NCBI GenBank assembly: GCA_040399745.1
Contig: JBBARP010000008.1
Span: forward strand, 4,133 to 68,132
DNA from: Bdellovibrionia bacterium
GTDB taxonomy: Bacteria > Bdellovibrionota > UBA1018
DNA: 64,000 bases
Direction: 5' to 3'
The translations under genes were made by a program, and so were the position numbers. The notes under the pieces were generated by a model, which saw only the letters and a list, made by a program, of their open reading frames with translations, was not told the origin of the DNA and did no database searches. This document shows positions 19,712 to 27,890 of this stretch, one piece after another (position 1 is the first letter of the stretch; every line of letters starts with the position of its first letter).

Positions 19712-21211
19712 TTAGGTTCGCTTCTTCAAGCGTTCGCGCTGGCGTTTGCCCAAGCGTTTGGGCTTGGTGCCGTCATCTGCGACCGCCTTCTTTTTCCGTG
19801 CGCGATCCTGATAGTCTTGGCGTGCTTTCAGGATGCCCTTTTCTTCGATCGAGGCCCTGGCGCGGGAAGCGTGGGGCGAGTCGGCGAAGGCGGGATCATC
19901 CAAGCCGATGACATCGCCCCGGTGCACGCGTAGGTCGGGCTCGGTGAGCCATACGCGGCCGGGTTGTTCGGGTTCGCAAGTCAGGACGAAAGGAAGGGAT
20001 TCGCCCGGACGGCGCAGGGGCTCGCTGACGACCAAGCGTTGATGCGCTTTGAGGACGGGGGCCCGAGTGGCGGGAGCCGCAAGCCAGAGGTAGCTGAATT
20101 TCAACCAGTGGCGTTCGCTCGAGAGGCGCTTGGAGAATTCCTTGAACCATTTTCCAGGGACATGCAGGGGGAGTGAGAAGTGGCACCAGTCGCGTCCATC
20201 GGCCAGTGGGCATGCCCCGGCGTGAGCGCAAGGACCCCAGATTGCGGAAGCGTGAGGCGCAAGCGCTCCGTGTTCGATCAATTGATCGCGTATTCGGGAG
20301 AGCTGCTGGGAGGGAATGCGGGCCGCAGGTTCCACGCAAAGCATTCCGCCGCCGGCTGCGCGCGAAAGGATGATGCCCAGGGCTTCCGCTGCCGGATCGC
20401 GAGGGGTCTGCCCTTTGGGGCGGCCCTTGCGCGAAGGCATGGGTGATTCATCTTCATCGAAATCGTCCGAATCGGAATCTTCAGCATCGAGCAGAATCGA
20501 TTCGTCATCCACTTCAGGGGCCGGCGCTAATTGAGCGGGCGGAGGATTCGGGCGACCGCCTTTTTCGTTCAGCACGTGGCCCATGAGGACGAGCGACGTT
20601 TCTTGGCGAAGCGCTCTGGCTGAGCGCCACCAAGGATCCACGTAGGTCTCCACGCGAACTTTTCCGCGAATACGTGGGAAGTACTCTGCCAATTGCTCCA
20701 GCAGGTGCTTGCCGTCTTGCAGGATCAAGCGGTCCGTATCCCACCAGTGAAATTCCAGCTGGGGGAGTTCAATGTTTTCAGCGCTTGCACGCTCGAGGAG
20801 CCAAAGCACCAAAGCGAGAGAAGCGGTTCCAGGGCCTGCGCCTAAGTCGGCGATGCGCAAGGTGCCTGTTTTGAGGCCGTGCTGAAGCATGAGTTCGAGC
20901 GCAGGTTCGTGAAGGCGAAAAAGCGACACAAACTTGGCGGCCTGAAGCGGAAGAAAATAAAGCAGGTAGGCCGAGCGAAACTTGGGATGGCGGAAATAGG
21001 CCGGCAGTGTGCGCGGGCGCTCATCGGTGAAAAGCTCGGAAAGCTCGGCGATTCCGCGGAAAAAGAAAGCGGCATCGGGCTCGGCGAAGGGCTTCCCTTT
21101 CCAGCGCTCGTCGGGGCTGTATTGCCCTTTGACGTAAGCGGGGATGGCTTCGTCGACAAACCAGGACCAGGCGGGGGGGAATTTGAGATCGAGCTCGGAT
21201 GCGGGCTTCAT
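19712..21211 (-). CDS. Rsm22/METTL17-like SAM-dependent methyltransferase with acidic insertion and basic C-tail
   Basis: DLGAGPGT SAM-binding motif in the context typical of the Rsm22 family. C-terminal Cys cluster CAHAGACPL...WCHF...LTCEP. Low-complexity acidic insert EVDDESILLDAEDSDSDDFDEDES. K/R-rich tail. Confidence 0.55.
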   Translation of the reverse strand: MKPASELDLKFPPAWSWFVDEAIPAYVKGQYSPDERWKGKPFAEPDAAFFFRGIAELSELFTDERPRTLPAYFRHPKFRSAYLLYFLPLQAAKFVSLFRLHEPALELMLQHGLKTGTLRIADLGAGPGTASLALVLWLLERASAENIELPQLEFHWWDTDRLILQDGKHLLEQLAEYFPRIRGKVRVETYVDPWWRSARALRQETSLVLMGHVLNEKGGRPNPPPAQLAPAPEVDDESILLDAEDSDSDDFDEDESPMPSRKGRPKGQTPRDPAAEALGIILSRAAGGGMLCVEPAARIPSQQLSRIRDQLIEHGALAPHASAIWGPCAHAGACPLADGRDWCHFSLPLHVPGKWFKEFSKRLSSERHWLKFSYLWLAAPATRAPVLKAHQRLVVSEPLRRPGESLPFVLTCEPEQPGRVWLTEPDLRVHRGDVIGLDDPAFADSPHASRARASIEEKGILKARQDYQDRARKKKAVADDGTKPKRLGKRQRERLKKRT

Positions 21212-21258
21212 GGCGATTCCTTCATGCTACACTAAAACAGAGTCAGAGAGGTCAAGGG

Positions 21259-21771
21259 ATGGGCCGGGAACAATTGTCGGAAAAAGAGCTGCTTCAGCAG
21301 TTGGGTAAGTGGCAGGGGAAGGACCTGTGGCCAGGAAGTCGTCACAAGCCTTATGCGTTCTACTGTGCCAATTGTAAAAGTTCCCGAAAGCTTCTCCTGA
21401 ATCCGTCTCCCTATTCGTTCCAGCGATTCATGCAGGTCGCGCTGACTTCCGTCTTTTTGATGCTGGTGAGTTGGCCACTCTTTGGTTTTCGTGGGTTGGT
21501 GTTCTTCGTCCCATCCTGGGCGGTCTTTGAAGTCGTGTACCGCGCGCGCGTGCGGGCCGAGGTCAAATGCCCTCACTGTGGCTTCGATCCTTATTTGTAT
21601 ATGGTCGACGTCCAGCGAGCTCGCCAACAGATGGAAGCCCACTGGCGGAAAAAGTTCGAAGAGCGAGGGATCCCTTATCCCGAAAAAGGCGGAATAACGC
21701 AACCAGTCAAAGCGACTGAAGCGGAATCGACCGAGGAGCCAGAGTCGCGTCTTGACAGCACTCTGAACTGA
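21259..21771 (+). CDS. hypothetical membrane protein with split CxxC...CPHC zinc-ribbon-like motif
   Basis: CANCK ... two hydrophobic helices ... CPHCGF. Start MGREQ at 21259 chosen because the track start 21199 overlaps the divergent gene. No recognisable family. Confidence 0.45.
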   Translation: MGREQLSEKELLQQLGKWQGKDLWPGSRHKPYAFYCANCKSSRKLLLNPSPYSFQRFMQVALTSVFLMLVSWPLFGFRGLVFFVPSWAVFEVVYRARVRAEVKCPHCGFDPYLYMVDVQRARQQMEAHWRKKFEERGIPYPEKGGITQPVKATEAESTEEPESRLDSTLN

Positions 21772-21788
21772 ACGCTATCCCCGATGTC

Positions 21789-22271
21789 ATGTCGGTGAAT
21801 AAAGTCATCTTGATTGGCCGGTTGGGGCAAAACCCCGAAGTGCGCTACACGCCCTCAGGGGCAGCGGTAGCCAATTTTAGTATCGCCACGAACGAAACGT
21901 GGGTCGATAAATCAGGCCAAAAACAAGAGCGCACGGAGTGGCACAAGGTGGTGGTGTGGGGCAAGCTCGCCGAGCTTTGCGCACAATACCTGACTAAAGG
22001 TCGTCAAGCTTACTTGGAAGGGCGCCTTCAGACCCGCCAGTGGCAAGATAAAGACGGCCAAACCAAGTACACGACCGAAGTGCAGGCTCAGACGGTGCAG
22101 TTCCTGGGAACGGGTGCTGGCGCTGGTCCGGGGGCTGAGCGCGGTCGCGGCGAGGACTTCAGCGCCTCTTCCGATATGAATTTTGCTGGACCCAGCGGCG
22201 CTCAGGCAGCCGGCCGTCCGATGAATCAACAAGCTGAGCCCACCTTCACCGAAGACGATATTCCGTTCTAA
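21789..22271 (+). CDS. ssb: single-stranded DNA-binding protein
   Basis: [38 protein letters not shown]-fold. Gly/Gln-rich linker. Acidic C-terminal tip DDIPF. Confidence 0.9.
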   Translation: MSVNKVILIGRLGQNPEVRYTPSGAAVANFSIATNETWVDKSGQKQERTEWHKVVVWGKLAELCAQYLTKGRQAYLEGRLQTRQWQDKDGQTKYTTEVQAQTVQFLGTGAGAGPGAERGRGEDFSASSDMNFAGPSGAQAAGRPMNQQAEPTFTEDDIPF

Positions 22272-22987
22272 TGAATACTCTGCGCTCTTTGATTGTTGTT
22301 CCGACCTACAATGAGCGGGAGAACCTGCCGTTGTTGCTCGAGGCCGTGCTGAAAGTCGTTCCTGCCGAGGTGGAAATCTTGGTCGTCGACGATGGCTCGC
22401 CCGATGGTACGGGTAAAATTGCGGACGATTGGGCTGCGCGGGAATCTCGCATTCATGTCCTTCATCGGACTGGGAAACTGGGTTTAGGCACGGCTTACGT
22501 GGCGGGCTTTCGCTGGGGTCTGGATCAGGGCTTTGAGCAACTGATCGAGATGGATGCGGATTTCTCGCATGACCCGAAGTACCTGCCCGTGATGCTGAAG
22601 TCCTTGGAGTCTCATGATGTTGCCATCGGCTCCCGGTATGTTCCGGGCGGCGGTACCGTGAACTGGGGCTTGGGACGTAAGGTCTTGAGTCGGGGTGGAA
22701 GTTTGTACGCCCGCACAGTGCTGGGTGCCCCGATCCGTGATTTCACGGGTGGTTTTAACGGCTGGCGCCGCAAAGTGATCGAAGCGGTCGACGTCGGGAC
22801 CTTGCGGTCAGACGGCTATAGCTTTCAGATCGAGCTCAAGTACCGGGCTTTCAAAAAAGGCTTCCGCTGGACCGAGTTCCCGATTGTTTTTGCCGACCGC
22901 GAGGTGGGGAAGTCAAAGATGAATCGCCGGATCGTGTTCGAAGCTTTGGCTCGGGTCTGGAGTTTTCGGTCCTGTTCCGCGAACTAA
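22271..22987 (+). CDS. GT2 polyprenyl-phosphate glycosyltransferase (DPM1/ArnC-like)
   Basis: VVPTYNEREN ... VVDDGSPDGT ... DAD motif (EMDADFSHDP). About 240 aa, no TM anchor. Confidence 0.75.
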   Translation: MNTLRSLIVVPTYNERENLPLLLEAVLKVVPAEVEILVVDDGSPDGTGKIADDWAARESRIHVLHRTGKLGLGTAYVAGFRWGLDQGFEQLIEMDADFSHDPKYLPVMLKSLESHDVAIGSRYVPGGGTVNWGLGRKVLSRGGSLYARTVLGAPIRDFTGGFNGWRRKVIEAVDVGTLRSDGYSFQIELKYRAFKKGFRWTEFPIVFADREVGKSKMNRRIVFEALARVWSFRSCSAN

Positions 22988-23050
22988 TCTCAGTCCAATC
23001 GATCTGGATTTGACCGACTTCGGGGGAGTCCTTAGACTGGAGAGACTCTC

Positions 23051-23938
23051 ATGCAAAACCGCACCCTGGGCTGGTCATTCACGGCGTTTCTGTGTGTCTG
23101 GGCGGGGGTGGCTTCGGCCGCCAATCCGCTAAAGACCGCTCTGTTTGTCGATAAAAAGACGAACACATTGCAAGTGGTCGAGATGCGAGAGGGGCACCCC
23201 AAAGTCGTGAAGAAGTTTCACGTCACCTTGGGGCAAGTCAAAGGCGACAAAGAGGAAGAGGGAGATCTGAAGACTCCCGAGGGGATTTACACTTTCAAGG
23301 CGCGCCTGACTCCTCCGGGACTCAAGCCGAAGTTTGGTGAACTCGCGTTTTACGTGAACTACCCGAATACGTTTGACCAAATGGCGGGTCGCACTGGTTT
23401 CGATATCATGCTGCACGCGACCAACGTTCCGGAACGCCTCAGCCAGAACTACGACAGCGAGGGCTGTATCGTGGTGAAGAACGAGGAAATTCGAGAGATT
23501 CAAAGTTATATTCGTCTCGGGCTGACCCCGATTCTGGTTTACCCCGAATTGTCGGAGGAATACCTGTCGCCAGCGGGGGATGTGCCGCTTCGGAAGTTCT
23601 TCGACAGCTGGGTACAAGCCTGGGAATCCGAATCGATCGAGCGGTACATCGAGCACTACCACACTGATTTTTCGGCCAACGGGAAGAATAAATCTCAGTG
23701 GAAGGCCTATAAAACCTCATTGAACAGCCGTTACTCGAGCATTTTTGTTGGTCCCGAGGATGTGATGATTTACCGGCATCCGAAGTACTCGGTCATCACT
23801 TTCACTCAGAACTATCAGTCTAAAATTCGAGGCGGGGGCTGGGGACATCGCTCGCGCGGGACGAAGATTTTGTACGTCGCCGAGGAAGCGGGTCAGCCCA
23901 AGATCATTGCGGAAACATTCACGAACCTGATGTGGTAA
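23051..23938 (+). CDS. L,D-transpeptidase family protein (YkuD fold) with C-terminal extra domain
   Basis: Signal peptide. HATNVPERLSQNYDSEGCIVV resembles the His...S-x-GC catalytic motif of YkuD-type L,D-transpeptidases. Confidence 0.65.
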   Translation: MQNRTLGWSFTAFLCVWAGVASAANPLKTALFVDKKTNTLQVVEMREGHPKVVKKFHVTLGQVKGDKEEEGDLKTPEGIYTFKARLTPPGLKPKFGELAFYVNYPNTFDQMAGRTGFDIMLHATNVPERLSQNYDSEGCIVVKNEEIREIQSYIRLGLTPILVYPELSEEYLSPAGDVPLRKFFDSWVQAWESESIERYIEHYHTDFSANGKNKSQWKAYKTSLNSRYSSIFVGPEDVMIYRHPKYSVITFTQNYQSKIRGGGWGHRSRGTKILYVAEEAGQPKIIAETFTNLMW

Positions 23939-23948
23939 GGCAGGGTCC

Positions 23949-25175
23949 ATGCTTCAAGTGGACACCCTGGTAGTGGGCGCGGGCCTGATCGGCTCGAGTG
24001 TGGCCATGCACCTGGCAAAGGCCGGCGTGCAGGGAGTGGTAGCGATCGATTTGGATTTGGAAGGGACTCTTTCCAGCTCGGAATTGAATGCAGGCGGAGT
24101 GAGAGCCACCTTTACACAGCCAGTAAACATCGCCATGTCGAAACACTCGATCGAATACTTCGACCGAGTGGCCAACGAAGTGGGTTATCGCCCTGTGGGT
24201 TACCTCTGGCTGAAGACTGCCGAGACTCTTCCTGTGGGGTTGAAGGCGCGCGAGCGTCAGCAACAGATGGGTTGGGACGTGCAGGCCTGGGACGTGGCCG
24301 AGCTTCGCCGCCGGGTCGATTTCATCGATAAGACCGATGATTTGGCGGGCGCAATCTTCGCTCCACGCGATGGGCTCGTGAATCCCAATACGTTGAAGCA
24401 ACACTTCCGTTCTGAGGCTCGCAAGGCCGGCGCTCAGTTTGATGACAGGCGGATGCTCCGCTTAGCCGAGTGGACGCCCCATGGCGTGAAGCTGACTTGC
24501 CGAGTTTTTCCGGCTCAGCTGGAAGAGGACCAAAAGAAAGACGTCCTTTCGACGGGCTCGGGCATTGGGGTGGAGACAGTCACTTACCTAGCCAAGCGTG
24601 TGGTGAACTGCGCGGGGCCCTGGGCTCCGGAAGTTGCAAAGATTCTGGGTTACGCTTGTCCGTCCAAACCCGTTCGTCGTCAGGTTTGTATTTTTGACTG
24701 CCGGGATGTGGATTTGTCGCCTTACGGCATGATGATCGATACTTCGGGAGTTTATTTTCATCCCGAGGCTACGAACGGCTTGGCGGGCTTTGCCAATCGA
24801 GGCGAGCCAGCGGGTATTAATTTCGGTTACGACGGAGCCAGCTTCTTTGAGGAAGTGATTTGGCCGGCCCTTTATGAGCGCTCTTCTAAATTCGAGCGGC
24901 TTCGCCATTTGACCGGTTGGGCTGGACTTTACGAAGTGTCGCCCGATGAGAGCGCCATCGTCGGAGAGGCGCAGGGAGTGCCCTCCCAAGCACAGGGTCG
25001 GATCTTTGAGGCTCACTCCTTTTCAGGTCACGGTGCAATGCACAGTCCTGCCACCGGCTTAGCGCTGGCCGAAAAAATGCTTCATGGGAAGTATTCGACC
25101 ATCGATGCCGAGCCGCTTTCGGCGCGTCGGTTTATCGAGGACGGTCCGCTACTCCATGAAGGAATGGTGATTTGA
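23949..25175 (+). CDS. FAD-dependent oxidoreductase, DAO family (D-amino acid/glycine/sarcosine oxidase-like)
   Basis: N-terminal VVGAGLIGSSVAMHLAKAG Rossmann dinucleotide motif. C-terminal GHGAMHSPATGLALAEKML motif typical of PF01266-type enzymes. Confidence 0.75.
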   Translation: MLQVDTLVVGAGLIGSSVAMHLAKAGVQGVVAIDLDLEGTLSSSELNAGGVRATFTQPVNIAMSKHSIEYFDRVANEVGYRPVGYLWLKTAETLPVGLKARERQQQMGWDVQAWDVAELRRRVDFIDKTDDLAGAIFAPRDGLVNPNTLKQHFRSEARKAGAQFDDRRMLRLAEWTPHGVKLTCRVFPAQLEEDQKKDVLSTGSGIGVETVTYLAKRVVNCAGPWAPEVAKILGYACPSKPVRRQVCIFDCRDVDLSPYGMMIDTSGVYFHPEATNGLAGFANRGEPAGINFGYDGASFFEEVIWPALYERSSKFERLRHLTGWAGLYEVSPDESAIVGEAQGVPSQAQGRIFEAHSFSGHGAMHSPATGLALAEKMLHGKYSTIDAEPLSARRFIEDGPLLHEGMVI

Positions 25176-26290
25176 AGATGAGTTTCGAAACCACCCAACA
25201 AGTGCTTCAGGATGCAGTCCTTCAAGGGCAAGTCCCGGGCGCTGTGGGCGGTGTCTGGACTTCACGCGAGCCGGGTCGAATTTGGCTTTGCGCTCGCGGA
25301 AAACGCCGCCTGGTCCCGAGTGAGCAGGATTTGGATGCTCATACCGTTTTCGATCTCGCTTCTCTCACCAAGCTTTTTACTTCCGTGCTCTGTGCGCGAG
25401 TGGTGGAGCGCGGATGGTTGGACTGGGATACTCCGGTGCGCGCCGTGCTTCCGGGCTTTCAGGATCATGCCGAGCGCCCGGTTTTGCTTCGTCACTTGCT
25501 GGCGCACTCGGCAGGCTTTGTCGATTGGCGGCCTTTTTGGCAGGCACTTCTGGCTCGGGCAGGCGGCACCCCTGAGGCTTTGGCTTCTGCCTCGGTTCGG
25601 ACTCGCCAAAAGTGGATGCGCGAGGAAGTTTGGGCGGTGAAGCCCGACGCGCTACCGGGAACACGGATGGTCTACTCGGATCTGTCCTTTTTGAATCTGG
25701 GATTTGTGCTGGAAGAAGTCCTGGGGCGCTCGCTCGACCGAGCCATGCGCGAGTTTGTTTTGGATCCCATGGAGCTCCCCGACACCGATTATCGTCGGGT
25801 CACCCGAGATGTCGCCGCCGGACGCGAGGAATCGATTGCGGCTACGGAGAATTGTCCCTGGCGTGGGGGAGTGGTTCAGGGACAAGCGCACGACGACAAC
25901 ACTTGGGCGATGGGCGGCTATGCGGGGCACGCTGGGCTTTTCGGGACGGCTCGTGACCTTCTCCTTTTTGCCGGACGCCTATTGGAAGGTCAGTTCCTGA
26001 CTCCGAAAATCCTGAAGGCACTCTGGACGCGCGTGGACGAGCCTGTCGGGAGTTCGCGAACCTTGGGGTGGGATACTCCGTCCGGTACTGAGCCTTCGGC
26101 TGGCGCCCTATTTTCGCGCAATTCGGTGGGGCACTTGGGTTTCACCGGGGTTTCGCTCTGGGTGGATTTAGACGCTTCCTTAGCTGCTGTGCTCTTAACG
26201 AACCGAGTTCATCCGAGCCGCGAAAACCAGGCCATTCGGGAACTTCGACCGCGGTTCCATCAGGCCCTCCGAACTGATCTGGGTTTTTAA
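25172..26290 (+). CDS. serine hydrolase, beta-lactamase/DD-peptidase (class C-like) family
   Basis: S-x-x-K motif (ASLTKLFT) near the N-terminus, YxN-like and HxG elements. 4-nt overlap with the upstream oxidase. Confidence 0.75.
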   Translation: MKMSFETTQQVLQDAVLQGQVPGAVGGVWTSREPGRIWLCARGKRRLVPSEQDLDAHTVFDLASLTKLFTSVLCARVVERGWLDWDTPVRAVLPGFQDHAERPVLLRHLLAHSAGFVDWRPFWQALLARAGGTPEALASASVRTRQKWMREEVWAVKPDALPGTRMVYSDLSFLNLGFVLEEVLGRSLDRAMREFVLDPMELPDTDYRRVTRDVAAGREESIAATENCPWRGGVVQGQAHDDNTWAMGGYAGHAGLFGTARDLLLFAGRLLEGQFLTPKILKALWTRVDEPVGSSRTLGWDTPSGTEPSAGALFSRNSVGHLGFTGVSLWVDLDASLAAVLLTNRVHPSRENQAIRELRPRFHQALRTDLGF

Positions 26291-26319
26291 CGAATGGGTT
26301 TTTTGATTTTTCGAGGCCG

Positions 26320-27816
26320 TTGACGATTTGGGCGGAAAAGGGCCACAATCCTGAGGTGGAACAAGCCGCCCAGATTTTGCCCAAGCTGGATGAATTAAAG
26401 TCGGTGCACATCATCGGAGTGTGCGGAACGCTGATGGGAGCCTTTGCGGCGTTCTTGAAGCGGCGCGGAATCCGGGTGACCGGCAGCGATCAGAACGTTT
26501 ACCCACCCATGAGCGATGTATTGGCTCAAGCGGGCGTTCAGGTTTTCAGTGGCTACTCAGCCGAAAACCTTCGGGGCCTGGGCTACACTCCCGATTTGGT
26601 CGTGGTCGCAAACGTCATTACTCGCGCTAACGTCGAGGCCCAAGAAGCACTGAGCGGGAACTACCTTGCGACTTCACTTCCTGAGGCGATGGAAAAGCTG
26701 ATGCTTCCAGAGACTCGGAATCTGGTGGTCTCAGGAACTCACGGCAAGACGACGACCTCGAGCATTTTGGCCCACGTTCTGGTGCAAGTGGGAAAAAATC
26801 CTAGCTACTTCATTGGCGGCGTTTCGCTCGATCTTCCACAAAGCTTCCATGTCAGCAATGTGCACGGCGGAACTCCCTTTGTTTTGGAAGGGGACGAATA
26901 CGACACCGCTTTTTGGGATAAAGTTCCCAAATTCAATCACTACCTTCCGGACGATGTGATCCTGACCTCGGTCGAGTTCGATCACGCGGATATCTACCCG
27001 GATCTCGCCGCGGTGGAGCGGGCCTTTGAAGGCCTGCTTTCTCGAATTCGGCCGGGTGGGCGCTTGATTGCCTGCACGGATTACGCATCGGTGCGAAAGC
27101 TTCTTCCTCAGTCTCGGGTACCTGTTCTGACCTATGGTTCGGACGCGACGAACGGCGCTCGTTTTACACCCGGTAAAATCCACTCGGATGGGGAAGCGAC
27201 CGTTTTTGAAGTGGTCGACAGCGGCAAAACAGTCGACGAGGTTCGGATCCAAGTTCCGGGGCGACATAATGTGATGAACGCGCTCGCGGTTTGGATTTTG
27301 TGCCGAGAGTCGGGCGTACCTGCTGATGAGCTTCGCCGGGCCCTGGCCAGCTTCCGCGGAGTGAAGCGCCGTCAGGAAGTTCGCGGCGAAGTTCGACAAG
27401 TGCTTGTGATCGATGATTTCGCTCACCATCCCACCGCTGTGCGCGAAACTTTGGCCGCTTTGAAAATGAAGTATCCCAACCGCCGTCTGGTGGCGGTGTT
27501 TGAGCCTCGAAGCGCTACTTCTCGTCGCAAGATCTTTCAAAAGGATTTTGCGAAGGCGTTTGCCGAGCAGGCCGATCAGAGCTGGGTTTCTGTGCCCTTT
27601 GATCAAAGCAAGATTGCTGCAACCGACCAGTTCTCCAGTGATCAGCTCGTAGCCGACATCCGAGACTTAGGTCGGTCGGCCGATTTGATGCCGACGGTGG
27701 AAGAGGGCGTCAAGTTAGTGGCGCAAGCTTCTCGCTCGGGCGATCTCGTCGCAGTGCTGTCGAACGGCGGCTTCGAAGGGTTTATTCCCAAGCTTCTGAA
27801 AGCCTTGGAACCCTGA
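26320..27816 (+). CDS. mpl: UDP-N-acetylmuramate:L-alanyl-gamma-D-glutamyl-meso-DAP ligase (murein peptide ligase)
   Basis: HIIGVCGTLMGAFAAFLKRRGIRVTGSDQNVYPPMSDVL closely parallels the Mpl N-terminus. Mur ligase central and C-terminal domains (GTHGKTTT). True start probably near the GTG at about 26401; track start 26320 likely too early. Confidence 0.75.
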   Translation: MTIWAEKGHNPEVEQAAQILPKLDELKSVHIIGVCGTLMGAFAAFLKRRGIRVTGSDQNVYPPMSDVLAQAGVQVFSGYSAENLRGLGYTPDLVVVANVITRANVEAQEALSGNYLATSLPEAMEKLMLPETRNLVVSGTHGKTTTSSILAHVLVQVGKNPSYFIGGVSLDLPQSFHVSNVHGGTPFVLEGDEYDTAFWDKVPKFNHYLPDDVILTSVEFDHADIYPDLAAVERAFEGLLSRIRPGGRLIACTDYASVRKLLPQSRVPVLTYGSDATNGARFTPGKIHSDGEATVFEVVDSGKTVDEVRIQVPGRHNVMNALAVWILCRESGVPADELRRALASFRGVKRRQEVRGEVRQVLVIDDFAHHPTAVRETLAALKMKYPNRRLVAVFEPRSATSRRKIFQKDFAKAFAEQADQSWVSVPFDQSKIAATDQFSSDQLVADIRDLGRSADLMPTVEEGVKLVAQASRSGDLVAVLSNGGFEGFIPKLLKALEP

Positions 27817-27890
27817 GGGTTATCTCTCCTTTTGAAAGCTCAAGTGGGGGGGCCTCGATTCCGAAACGCCCTTGAGAGGCCTTTCGTCGG

